Shown here in pieces: positions 37,556-46,662 of a stretch of DNA of 51,984 nucleotides. The notes under the pieces are model-generated. The model did not search any database. It was not told the origin of the DNA and saw only the letters and a list, made by a program, of their open reading frames with translations. Position 1 is the stretch's first letter. Each line of letters opens with the position of its first letter. Source of the stretch: Bacteroidota bacterium (GTDB lineage: Bacteria; Bacteroidota; Bacteroidia; Bacteroidales; PWNQ01); assembly GCA_051748065.1 (NCBI GenBank), contig JBNJGZ010000001.1, positions 1 to 51,984 on the forward strand. The letters run 5' to 3'. Made by a program: the position numbers and the translations under genes.

Positions 37556-37716
37556 CTATTTAGTGTCTGTCAATAAATTCAGTGTCTGGTTTATAATGTT
37601 CGAGATCTAAGCATGCGATAAATTTTTAACCCACAGTATCCGCCAGCCGGCGGATTAGAGAATTTAAAATTTGAGCAAAAACGCAGAAATCGGACATTAT
37701 AGACAGACTATATTTA
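37556..37716 (-). repeat. MITE-like non-coding repeat, copy 2 (inverted orientation relative to copy 1)
   Basis: Its reverse complement aligns end to end with 24814-24995. TIRs are TAGTGTCTGTCAATAA (37561-37576) and, at the other end, the reverse complement of TAGTCTGTCTATAA. The central palindrome is at 37638-37655. It is flanked by CTATTTA (37556-37562) and CTATATTTA (37708-37716), which read TAAATAG and TAAATATAG on the element strand. Confidence 0.85.
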
Positions 37717-38976
37717 ATTTCCCGTCCTGATTGCTTCCACGGGATCCATTCTTGAAGCCTGAATAGCAGGAATGATTCCTGAAAATATTCCGACTATTAT
37801 AGAAACGGTTAACCCCAGGATAATGTTTGACTGATCCAGATAAAGATTAAACTCAACATTGGCAAATTGAATATCGGCCAGAAATATTGTGGTTAACCAA
37901 ACAAAAAATAACCCGACCAGGCCGCCGATGACAGATAAAATGATGGCTTCAAAAAGGAACTGCAATAAGATAAAATAATTTTTTGAGCCCAGGGCTTTTT
38001 GTATACCAATGATTTTTGTCCGTTCTTTAACGGACACAAACATAATATTAGCAATTCCGAAACCTCCGATAAATATAGAAATGCCGCCAATGAACCAACC
38101 CACAATGCTAATGGTGCTGAATAAGTTGGCAAGGTTTTTACTGGCTACATCCACTTCATTGATAGCGAAATTATCTTTTTCATCCGGCCGTATACTTCTC
38201 ATGTTACGCATAGCCGCTTTAAGTTCGCCCTTAAACATTGCCGGATCAACGTCCTCAGCGGGACGTGTCATAATTGATTGATTCATACGGTTGTTGCGAA
38301 GGTCCATGATGCTGCGTAGATACATTACCGGGAGAATTACCTGCTCATCTGTTGACATGCCAAAGTTGTCCATCCCCATTTTTTCTATATATCCAATAAC
38401 AGTTAATTTTCTTCCGAAAACCCGGATACTTTTTCCTATAGCACTGGCTTGGGGAAATAATTGCTCTGCAATGTCATAGCCCAAAATAGCCACATTAGAA
38501 CCTAATGAACTTTCCGAAGGAGTAAAATAACGGCCCTCACGGATATTTAAATTCTCCAGTTGGTTGTATTCATAGCTAACCCCCTGAATATTAATATTAG
38601 AAATATTCTTGTCTCGATATTCTACAGTCTTTGATGTGCTGGCCATAAACGCTATTGCCTCATCCCCATGGATCCTGTCTTGCAATTCCTGCATCTCCTC
38701 ATATGATACCATGGGCCGGTTAACATATTCCCACCAATGATATTCCCCTCCATAGCCCCATGGCCACTTCTGGATAAAGATTGTGCTCTTTCCAAGGGAT
38801 TGCATGCTTTCCCGAATGGTGCGCTCCATGGAATCAACTGTTGTTAACACGAAAATTATAGCAAAAATACCTATGGTAATGCCTAATAAAGACAAAATAG
38901 TGCGTAGCTTGTTAGCTATTAATGATTGGATAGCAAAGAGATAACTCTCTCGTATTAAACGTAAAATAATAAGCAT
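37714..38976 (-). CDS. FtsX/MacB-type ABC transporter permease
   Basis: N-terminal TM helix, a large periplasmic MacB_PCD-like domain, and a C-terminal FtsX domain with three TM helices. No ATPase gene is adjacent. Confidence 0.85.
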   Translation of the reverse strand: MLIILRLIRESYLFAIQSLIANKLRTILSLLGITIGIFAIIFVLTTVDSMERTIRESMQSLGKSTIFIQKWPWGYGGEYHWWEYVNRPMVSYEEMQELQDRIHGDEAIAFMASTSKTVEYRDKNISNINIQGVSYEYNQLENLNIREGRYFTPSESSLGSNVAILGYDIAEQLFPQASAIGKSIRVFGRKLTVIGYIEKMGMDNFGMSTDEQVILPVMYLRSIMDLRNNRMNQSIMTRPAEDVDPAMFKGELKAAMRNMRSIRPDEKDNFAINEVDVASKNLANLFSTISIVGWFIGGISIFIGGFGIANIMFVSVKERTKIIGIQKALGSKNYFILLQFLFEAIILSVIGGLVGLFFVWLTTIFLADIQFANVEFNLYLDQSNIILGLTVSIIVGIFSGIIPAIQASRMDPVEAIRTGN

Positions 38977-39093
38977 GGTTACTCAGGACATCGATTCTTT
39001 ATATGGTTAATGGTTTTGCTGTTTAAAAGATTAAGTGATTTTATAAGTGAAATCATTTTCAACTGTAAAAATATAAGAATTTATCTAAACATA

Positions 39094-39101
39094 TATATTT
39101 G
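39094..39101 (+). promoter_or_regulatory. -7 box TATATTTG
   Basis: Exact TAnnTTTG, 100 nt upstream of the purH ATG. Confidence 0.4.
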
Positions 39102-39200
39102 TTTAGCTTTTAGTTTTTTTATAAAATTGTAACAGCTAAAATATTAATTCGCAATAACATAAATGGGTGTTTAAAAGAGAGTTATAAAATTGAAAGTTTC

Positions 39201-40718
39201 ATGAAACAAATTAAAAGTGCATTAATTTCTGTTTTTCACAAAGACAAGATCGATAAAATTGTGAAAAAACTGGATGAGCAGGGTGTAACGATATATTCCA
39301 CAGGAGGAACATATCAACATATAAAAGAGATGGGAATCGAAATAAAATCAGTGGAATCTTTAACTACATATCCGTCAATTTTGGGCGGTAGAGTCAAGAC
39401 ATTGCATCCTGCTGTTTTTGGAGGTATTTTATCACGCCGGGATCATAATCAAGACCGTGAAGATTGCTCAGAATATGATATTCCTGAGATTGATCTTGTT
39501 ATTGTGGATTTGTATCCTTTTGAAAAAACAGTTGCTTCGGAAGCTTCTCATGAGGAAATTATAGAAAAAATCGATATAGGCGGAATTTCTTTAATCCGTG
39601 CAGCCGCAAAAAACTATAAAGATGTAACAGTTGTTCCTTCCGTAGAGTATCTGGATCATCTGGAAGACTGGCTTGAAAAGCAAAATGGAGCTGTTCGTCC
39701 GGAACAGAGAAAATTTTTGGCTGCAGCAGCTTTTGAAGTTTCCTCCCGGTATGATACAGCGATATTTAATTATTTCAACCGGGAAGAAAAAATCGATTCC
39801 CTGCGAATAAGTGAAAAAGAAAGTCGTGAGCTACGATATGGAGAAAATCCTCATCAAAAAGGACGATTCTTTGGCGATTGGGAGGAAATTATGGAACAGC
39901 TCCACGGAAAAGCGATTTCATACAATAATATCGTTGATATTGATGCCGGTTTACATTTGATACAAGAGTTTGACGGAACTGCTTTTGCTGTGCTTAAACA
40001 TACGAATGCCTGTGGTTTGGCTCAACATGATGACATCGTTACGGCCTGGAAAATGGCTTTAGCCGGTGACCCCGTGTCCGCTTTCGGTGGTGTATTGGTG
40101 ACGAATGCGAAAGTGAACAAAGCGGTAGCTGAAGAAATCAATAAACTGTTCTTTGAAGTTCTTGTTGCTCCTGATTTTGACGATGATGCTCTTGCTGTCT
40201 TAAAACAAAAAAAGAACCGGATTTTATTAAAACAAAAAAAGGAATTGCAAAGCAAGTCACAGATAAAGTCCATGTTAAATGGATATCTTCAGCAGGATCG
40301 TGATGATAAAATGGTGGCCCCTGATCAGCTGGAAGTGGCAACGAAAAAAGCTCCTGATGCGAGTCAGGTTTCTGATTTGATTTTTGGAATGAAAGCCGTC
40401 AAACATACCAAATCCAATGCAATAGTTTTGGCCAAAGACAACCAGCTTATTGCCAGTGGTGTTGGTCAGACCTCCCGTGTGGATGCTCTCAAGCAGGCTA
40501 TTGAAAAGGCCCATAGGTTTGGTTTTGACCTAAATGGCGCTATTATGGCTTCGGATGCTTTTTTTCCGTTTTCAGACAGTGTGGAGTTAGCTTATAAAGA
40601 AGGTATCACTTCCGTTATTCAGCCCGGCGGGTCAAAACGCGATCAGGACTCCGTTGATTATTGCGATAAACAGCAAATGACAATGGTATTTACAGGAATG
40701 CGACATTTTAAGCATTAA
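39201..40718 (+). CDS. purH: Bifunctional AICAR transformylase / IMP cyclohydrolase
   Basis: N-terminal MGS-like domain (ALISVFHKD...STGGT, GGRVKTLHP) and C-terminal AICARFT domain (LRYGENPHQ, VLKHTNACG, ASDAFFPF, IQPGGS). Confidence 0.96.
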   Translation: MKQIKSALISVFHKDKIDKIVKKLDEQGVTIYSTGGTYQHIKEMGIEIKSVESLTTYPSILGGRVKTLHPAVFGGILSRRDHNQDREDCSEYDIPEIDLVIVDLYPFEKTVASEASHEEIIEKIDIGGISLIRAAAKNYKDVTVVPSVEYLDHLEDWLEKQNGAVRPEQRKFLAAAAFEVSSRYDTAIFNYFNREEKIDSLRISEKESRELRYGENPHQKGRFFGDWEEIMEQLHGKAISYNNIVDIDAGLHLIQEFDGTAFAVLKHTNACGLAQHDDIVTAWKMALAGDPVSAFGGVLVTNAKVNKAVAEEINKLFFEVLVAPDFDDDALAVLKQKKNRILLKQKKELQSKSQIKSMLNGYLQQDRDDKMVAPDQLEVATKKAPDASQVSDLIFGMKAVKHTKSNAIVLAKDNQLIASGVGQTSRVDALKQAIEKAHRFGFDLNGAIMASDAFFPFSDSVELAYKEGITSVIQPGGSKRDQDSVDYCDKQQMTMVFTGMRHFKH

Positions 40719-40791
40719 TTTTATAAAAAAACAAAAAGCTGTTGTATCTTTACAGGTTCATTTGAATACCAAAATAATATATTTATAGAAC

Positions 40792-41814
40792 ATGGGAATG
40801 TTTTCATTTTTTAACAAAGAAATAGCTATTGACCTGGGAACAGCTAATACGATTATCATCCAGAATGATAAAGTCGTTGTTGATGAACCTTCGATAGTTG
40901 CCATTGACAGGCGTACTGAGAAAATTATCGCTGTAGGGAAAAAGGCTATGATGATGCACGGGAAGACGCATCAGGAGATCTTAACGATTCGCCCGCTCCG
41001 CGATGGAGTAATTGCCAACTTCCAGGCAGCGGAGTATATGATACGGGAATTTATCAAGATGATAGGTTCCAAAAACACATTGTTTCCGCCATCTTTAAAG
41101 ATGGTCGTTTGTATTCCTTCCGGAATTACCGAAGTGGAGGAGCGCGCTGTTCGCGAGTCTGCCGAACAGGCCGGAGCGCGTGATGTACGGCTGATACACG
41201 AACCGATGGCAGCTGCCATCGGAATCGGGATCGACGTGTTGGAGCCCTCAGGAAATATGATTATTGATGTGGGGGGAGGAACAAGTGAAATCGCTGTGAT
41301 TGCTCTCGGAGGAATTGTCAATAACAAATCAATACGTATTGCCGGTGATGACTTTACACAGGATATTATGCAGTATATGAGAAAACAGCATAATATCAAC
41401 ATCGGAGAACGAACCTCTGAACGTATTAAGATTAATGTAGGCGCTGCAATGACCGAGATTGATAATCCGCCGGAAGATTATGCCGTCCATGGACGTGATA
41501 TGCTTACCGGGATCCCCAAGGAAATCATGGTTAATTATGCGGAAATCGCACATTGCCTGGATAAGTCAATCTCCAAAATTGAAACGGCAGTCTTGAATGC
41601 ACTGGAAATGACTCCTCCGGAATTATCCGCCGATATCTTTAAAACAGGAATTTATCTGGCCGGTGGTGGTTCTATGTTGCGAGGCATGGACAAACGATTA
41701 CAGATGAAAACCAAGTTGCCGGTTCATGTGGCAGAAGACCCGATCAGAGCTGTTGCCAGAGGTACCGGCATTGCTTTGAAAAACTTCGATAAGTTTACTT
41801 TTTTAATTAAATAA
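40792..41814 (+). CDS. mreB: Rod-shape-determining actin homologue MreB
   Basis: IAIDLGTANT, EPMAAAIG, DVGGGTSE and LAGGGSMLRG motifs. Confidence 0.97.
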   Translation: MGMFSFFNKEIAIDLGTANTIIIQNDKVVVDEPSIVAIDRRTEKIIAVGKKAMMMHGKTHQEILTIRPLRDGVIANFQAAEYMIREFIKMIGSKNTLFPPSLKMVVCIPSGITEVEERAVRESAEQAGARDVRLIHEPMAAAIGIGIDVLEPSGNMIIDVGGGTSEIAVIALGGIVNNKSIRIAGDDFTQDIMQYMRKQHNINIGERTSERIKINVGAAMTEIDNPPEDYAVHGRDMLTGIPKEIMVNYAEIAHCLDKSISKIETAVLNALEMTPPELSADIFKTGIYLAGGGSMLRGMDKRLQMKTKLPVHVAEDPIRAVARGTGIALKNFDKFTFLIK

Positions 41815-41835
41815 TCTGAAACAGGCGGAGGTAAT

Positions 41836-42672
41836 ATGCGTAACCTGATCCTGTTAATATGGAGGAATAATTACTTTTTTTTGTTTCTGCTCTTAGAAGT
41901 ATTAGCTGTCTATATTATCATCCAGGAAAATTATTACCATAAAAATGTTTTTATTCACTCTTCCGGTCAAATTACTGGAAAGGTTTATGAGATCACGGAT
42001 GATATTACAGGCTATTTCAGGCTGAAAAAAACCAATACCGAACTTGCCGAAGAAAATGCCAGGCTGCGAAATTCTTCGGACTATGCGTTTATGAAAACAC
42101 CCTTAAAAACAGCCCGTCAAGAGGATACTCTGTATCATAGATACATGGAGTTTATTCCGGCACGGGTGATTGCCTCATCGGTTAACAGACGCAATAATAA
42201 CTGGATGATTAATAAAGGAAAGAAGCAAGGTGTAGAAAAAAACACAGGAGTTATTTCTTCAAATGGCGTGATTGGTATAGTTGTAGAAACTTCCGGTAAT
42301 TTTAGTCTGATACAGTCGGTATTGCATAAGCAAACAACCTTGAGCGCCATGCTGGAAAAAAACAAACAAAAAGGCTTTGTTACCTGGCCCGGAGTGAATT
42401 ATAGGAAAGGTGCGTTGAATGATATTCCCTCCCATGTTGATGTGAAAAAAGGGGATACGATTGTAACAAGTGGTAACTCTTTGCTTTTCCCCGAAAACAT
42501 ATTGATCGGAACGGTGCAGGATGTCGGGTTAGAACAGGGAGAAAGCTTTTATAATATCGAAATCGAATTTTCCGAAGATTATAATAATATAGAGTATGTG
42601 TATGTGGTGACAAATCTTATGAAGGAAGAACAAGAGGAATTACTGGAAAGGAGGGATAATGAAGTGGAATAA
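41836..42672 (+). CDS. mreC: Rod-shape-determining protein MreC
   Basis: N-terminal TM helix, a coiled-coil (NTELAEENARLRN) and a beta-rich C-terminal domain (GVIGIVV, GDTIVTSG), immediately after mreB. Confidence 0.9.
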   Translation: MRNLILLIWRNNYFFLFLLLEVLAVYIIIQENYYHKNVFIHSSGQITGKVYEITDDITGYFRLKKTNTELAEENARLRNSSDYAFMKTPLKTARQEDTLYHRYMEFIPARVIASSVNRRNNNWMINKGKKQGVEKNTGVISSNGVIGIVVETSGNFSLIQSVLHKQTTLSAMLEKNKQKGFVTWPGVNYRKGALNDIPSHVDVKKGDTIVTSGNSLLFPENILIGTVQDVGLEQGESFYNIEIEFSEDYNNIEYVYVVTNLMKEEQEELLERRDNEVE

Positions 42673-43192
42673 TACAACTATTTATCTGTTGCGATTTATC
42701 CTTTTTGTGCTGATACAAGGGCTTGTTTTGAATCACATGAATATCAGCGGATACTTAAATCCCTTGCTTTATGTGATGTTTATACTCTTATTGCCTTTTG
42801 ACATGGCCAAACAGTGGGTGTTGGTACTGGCTTTTATTACGGGATATGGCGTAGACCTTTTTTCGGGTACTCCCGGTATGCATGCAGCTGCACTGGTTTT
42901 GGCCGCCTTTTTAAGGCCTTTTTTGATCAATGCACTTACGCGCCAGGATGATCTGGAAGCAGGAGCAAGTCCTACAATACAAGATATGGGTTTTCGCTGG
43001 GTATTTACGTATAGTGCCATTTTAGTTGTTGTTCATCATACGGTTTTCTTTTTTATTGAATCCTTCAGGATAAGTGAGTTTTTCCAGACAATTACACGGT
43101 CTTTGTTAAGCTCCCTGATGACTATTGTCCTGATCATGTTAATACAGTTTTTATTCTTTAGCGGTTCAGGGTCGAAACGGAAATTTACCTGA
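42659..43192 (+). CDS. mreD: Rod-shape-determining protein MreD
   Basis: 177-aa polytopic protein overlapping mreC by 14 nt. The assignment is by position and topology. Confidence 0.8.
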   Translation: MKWNNTTIYLLRFILFVLIQGLVLNHMNISGYLNPLLYVMFILLLPFDMAKQWVLVLAFITGYGVDLFSGTPGMHAAALVLAAFLRPFLINALTRQDDLEAGASPTIQDMGFRWVFTYSAILVVVHHTVFFFIESFRISEFFQTITRSLLSSLMTIVLIMLIQFLFFSGSGSKRKFT

Positions 43193-43257
43193 ATTCCTGT
43201 ATAAATGAATGAGCAATTTTGTCGTAAACAATCGTTTAAAAGCTATGTTTAAGCACT

Positions 43258-43279
43258 AACTTAATAACTTTATTAAGTT
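43258..43279. promoter_or_regulatory. Perfect 10+2+10 palindrome AACTTAATAA-CT-TTATTAAGTT
   Basis: Read directly from the sequence. It lies 66 nt after the mreD stop and ~155 nt upstream of the U32 gene start. No U-tract follows. Confidence 0.4.
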
Positions 43280-43432
43280 GCTATAAAGAACGATTGCTTT
43301 CTGAACAGCATAGTGCAGGTTTTCTGTGATTATAGAAAGAATGCAATTCTGAGGTTTACTCAGCAAAAGTTGCAGGAAGCTGTAAGTTAAAGCACAGGGG
43401 AGTCTCGGTTCATTCGGGTCCTTTTTTAGAAA

Positions 43433-44731
43433 ATGAATAAGATGCAAAATACCATTTCTGACATAGAAATCATGGCGCCGGTAGGTTCTTATGAGTCTCT
43501 TGCGGCTGCTATTCAAGCCGGAGCCGGTTCGGTATATTTTGGCACCGGCCATTTGAATATGCGTTCCGGTTCTTCGCAAAATTTTAGTTTGGAGGACCTG
43601 AAGCAAATTTCAAAAATTTGTCGCGAGAATGATGTACGGACTTACCTTACATTGAATACAATTATCTACGATGAAGAATTGCAAGAAATGCGAAAGACCG
43701 TAGACGCAGCCCGGGCAAATAGCATATCGGCAATTATCGCTTCGGACATGGCCGTGATACAATATGCCAGAGAACAAGGTATGGAAGTCCACATGTCTAC
43801 ACAAACCAACATTACCAATATCGAAGCTGTGCGGTATTATGCACAGTTTGCAGATGTTATGGTTTTGGCGCGGGAACTGAATGTGCGTCAGGTCAAAGCT
43901 ATTACAGACGCTATCCGGGAACAGAATATTTGTGGCCCGTCCGGGAATTTGGTGCAGGTGGAAATGTTTATCCATGGAGCATTGTGTATGGCTGTTTCGG
44001 GGAAATGTTACATGAGCCTGGACCTGTTAAATTCTTCAGCTAATCGCGGAGCATGCTTGCAGCCCTGCCGAAGGCCTTATCGAGTATTTGACAAACGCAA
44101 TGAGTTGGAGCTGGAAGTAGATAATGAGTATATCATGTCGCCTAAAGATCTGAAAACCGTGGATTTCCTGAATAAAATTTTGAAAGCCGGTGCAACAGTA
44201 CTTAAAGTTGAAGGCCGCGGACGGTCTCCGGAATATGTGAAAACTGTTGTAGCTACTTATCGAGATGCTGTTAAAGCATATCAGGAAGGTCATTTTACAC
44301 AGGAGAAAATCAACGAATGGAATAAAAAATTAAAGACGGTGTATAACCGGGATTTCTGGGATGGTTATTATCTCGGGAAACACCTTGGGGAATGGACGAA
44401 AAAGCCCGGTTCACAAGCAACAAAGAAAAAGATCTACGTCGGGAAGATTACCAACTATTACTCAAAAATTGGCGTCGCTGAAATTACCATGCAAACGCAT
44501 GATATTTCTGTAGGAGACGAGTTATTGATCATCGGGCCAACTACAGGGGTGCATGAACAAAAGGCGGAAGAAATCCGCGTTGACCTGCAAAGTGTGAAAA
44601 GCACTCAAAAAGGGGACGTTTGTTCTGTTCCGGTTAACGATGTTGTCCGAAGAAATGATAAAGTCTATAAACTTGTGGATACCGATCCGGATTTTGATGC
44701 GGACCCGCGCTATGAAAATAGCGCAGACTAA
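43433..44731 (+). CDS. Peptidase U32-family protein (probable Fe-S hydroxylase-type member)
   Basis: U32 core with IHGALCMAVSGKCYMSLDLLNSSANRGACLQPCRRPY, i.e. C-x6-C-x15-C-x3-C at 43985-44068. Confidence 0.88.
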   Translation: MNKMQNTISDIEIMAPVGSYESLAAAIQAGAGSVYFGTGHLNMRSGSSQNFSLEDLKQISKICRENDVRTYLTLNTIIYDEELQEMRKTVDAARANSISAIIASDMAVIQYAREQGMEVHMSTQTNITNIEAVRYYAQFADVMVLARELNVRQVKAITDAIREQNICGPSGNLVQVEMFIHGALCMAVSGKCYMSLDLLNSSANRGACLQPCRRPYRVFDKRNELELEVDNEYIMSPKDLKTVDFLNKILKAGATVLKVEGRGRSPEYVKTVVATYRDAVKAYQEGHFTQEKINEWNKKLKTVYNRDFWDGYYLGKHLGEWTKKPGSQATKKKIYVGKITNYYSKIGVAEITMQTHDISVGDELLIIGPTTGVHEQKAEEIRVDLQSVKSTQKGDVCSVPVNDVVRRNDKVYKLVDTDPDFDADPRYENSAD

Positions 44732-44787
44732 TCAGGTTGTTCGATTTCTGATGACTTTTACTTTAAAGAAATGTTTGTAAAGTTACT

Positions 44788-44807
44788 AAAAATCAGATGC
44801 CTTCTGA
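44788..44807 (-). terminator. Rho-independent terminator for glyQS
   Basis: The minus strand reads TCAGA-aggca-TCTGA followed by TTTTT, 49 nt past the glyQS stop. Confidence 0.55.
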
Positions 44808-44855
44808 AGTTGAGCAGCTCTTGTTTTTGTTTCTCGTAAATAGGCAGACCCTAAT

Positions 44856-46379
44856 TTACATTGACAAACGCTTTTGAATAATTTCCTGTAGCCTGTCGAT
44901 CTCTACCCGTTCCTGCTCCATGCTGTCTCTTTCGCGTATGGTTATGGTATTATCTTCCAGAGTCTGGTGATCCACGGTGATGCAATAAGGTGTACCAATG
45001 GCATCATGGCGTCTGTATCGTTTTCCGATGGTATCTTTTTCCTCATATTGACACATGAAGTTAAACTTAAGTTTATCCATTATTTCACGTCCTTTTTCGG
45101 GCAATCCGTCTTTTTTCGTAAGCGGAAAGACGGCTGCTTTATAGGGTGACAATATGGGCGGAATTTTCAATACAATACGTTCCGAATTGTCCTGCAGCTT
45201 TTCTTCCTTATAAGCGGCGGTGAGAACAGCAAGGAACATCCGGTCCAGTCCGATGGAGGTCTCTACGACGTAGGGCACATAGCTTTCCTGTGTTTCGGGA
45301 TCATAATACTGAAGCTTCTTACCACTGTGTTCCTGATGTGCGCTCAGGTCAAAATCGGTGCGTGAGTGAATACCTTCAAGTTCTTTAAATCCAAATGGAA
45401 ATTTGAACTCAATATCGTAAGCTGCATTGGCATAATGCGCCAGTTTCTCATGTTCATAGAGCCGGAAGAAATCATCATCAATTCCGAGGGCTTTGTGCCA
45501 TTTGACGCGTTCGTTTTTCCAGTATTCCAGCCAATCCATTTCTGTTCCGGGTTGCACGAAATATTGCAACTCCATTTGTTCAAACTCCCGCATGCGGAAG
45601 ATAAATTGACGAGCCACAATTTCGTTGCGGAAGGCTTTACCGATCTGAGCAATACCAAACGGTAGCTTCATGCGGCCGGTCTTTTGAACGTTCAGGTAAT
45701 TCACAAAAATTCCCTGTGCAGTTTCCGGGCGCAGGTAGATTTTATTATTCTCTGCTGTTGAGCCAAGCTCTGTGGAAAACATCAGGTTGAACTGTCTTAC
45801 GTCTGTCCAGTTTGCCGATCCGGAAACCGGGCAGGTGATGTTCTCTTCTTCAATTAATTTTTTGAGTTCATCCAGTTGCTCGTTCTCAAGCGCATTATTC
45901 ATGCGATTTTTAATTGCCTCGATCTTCTCAGTATATTTCAAAACCTTCGGGTGAGTGGTTCTGAACTGGTTTTCGTCAAAATCATCTCCGAAGCGTTTAG
46001 CAGCTTTTTTTATCTCTTTATCGATTTTTTTCTCTATTTTATCCAGGTGGTCTTCGATAAGTTCATCGGCCCGGTATCGTTTCTTAGAGTCTTTGTTATC
46101 GATCATCGGATCATTGAAAGCCTCCAGGTGTCCGGAAGCTTTCCATGTGGATGGATGCATAAAAATAGCCGAATCCAGGCCCACTATGTTTTCATGATAT
46201 TGAACCATGGATTTCCACCAATATTCTTTGATATTGTTTTTGAGTTCAACACCAAACGGACCATAATCATAAGCGGCACTTAAGCCGTCATAGATCTCGC
46301 TGGATTGGAAAATAAAACCGTATTCTTTAGAATGTGCTATTATTTTTTTGAAAAAATCTTCACTGTTACCTTTGCCCAT
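44856..46379 (-). CDS. glyQS: Glycine--tRNA ligase (homodimeric class II type)
   Basis: Class II motif 2: FRNEIVARQFIFRMREFEQMELQYF. Also GLDR motif 3 and a C-terminal anticodon-binding domain. Confidence 0.96.
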   Translation of the reverse strand: MGKGNSEDFFKKIIAHSKEYGFIFQSSEIYDGLSAAYDYGPFGVELKNNIKEYWWKSMVQYHENIVGLDSAIFMHPSTWKASGHLEAFNDPMIDNKDSKKRYRADELIEDHLDKIEKKIDKEIKKAAKRFGDDFDENQFRTTHPKVLKYTEKIEAIKNRMNNALENEQLDELKKLIEEENITCPVSGSANWTDVRQFNLMFSTELGSTAENNKIYLRPETAQGIFVNYLNVQKTGRMKLPFGIAQIGKAFRNEIVARQFIFRMREFEQMELQYFVQPGTEMDWLEYWKNERVKWHKALGIDDDFFRLYEHEKLAHYANAAYDIEFKFPFGFKELEGIHSRTDFDLSAHQEHSGKKLQYYDPETQESYVPYVVETSIGLDRMFLAVLTAAYKEEKLQDNSERIVLKIPPILSPYKAAVFPLTKKDGLPEKGREIMDKLKFNFMCQYEEKDTIGKRYRRHDAIGTPYCITVDHQTLEDNTITIRERDSMEQERVEIDRLQEIIQKRLSM

Positions 46380-46393
46380 AAATAACCTATTTT

Positions 46394-46609
46394 TTATCCA
46401 CCAGCCAGAAAATCAAGAATATTACTCATTTTGCTGGTCGAGCCTTTATAAATTTCTGTGTACTTACATTGAGTGCATGTTATCGTCGTGAAACGCTTGT
46501 TTTGCACGTCAAATAATTTAGCAAACCCGCCACCGGTTGCTGCAAAGCTATCCAGTTCATAATTCCGGTTTCCGCATTTCGGACAGATGTATTGCTTTCC
46601 CTGACTCAT
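46394..46609 (-). CDS. Zinc-ribbon domain protein (two CxxC pairs)
   Basis: 71 aa: CPKCGN ... CTQCKYTEIY. It lies 14 nt upstream of glyQS on the same strand. Confidence 0.75.
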   Translation of the reverse strand: MSQGKQYICPKCGNRNYELDSFAATGGGFAKLFDVQNKRFTTITCTQCKYTEIYKGSTSKMSNILDFLAGG

Positions 46610-46632
46610 AAGTGTTTGCTTTTAATGCGGTG

Positions 46633-46640
46633 CAAAAATA
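46633..46640 (-). promoter_or_regulatory. -7 box TATTTTTG (minus strand)
   Basis: The plus strand reads CAAAAATA, i.e. an exact TAnnTTTG on the minus strand, 24 nt upstream of the Zn-ribbon ATG at 46609. Confidence 0.5.
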
Positions 46641-46662
46641 GTTTTTTTACACAACATTGGAG

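Noticed and set aside
39102-39200. Possible ZTP (pfl) riboswitch in the ~100-nt leader of purH
   Set aside because: The leader is almost entirely A/T. It lacks the GC-rich pfl pseudoknot elements (GGGTCGTGAC... / CCGCCTGGGCA-like).
44735-44765. GGTTGTTCGATTTC resembling a tRNA T-arm
   Set aside because: No acceptor, D or anticodon stems can be built from the flanks. It is only a 5-bp ATCAG/CTGAT hairpin after the U32 stop. I noticed no canonical GGTTCGAATCC-type T-loop anywhere in the window.
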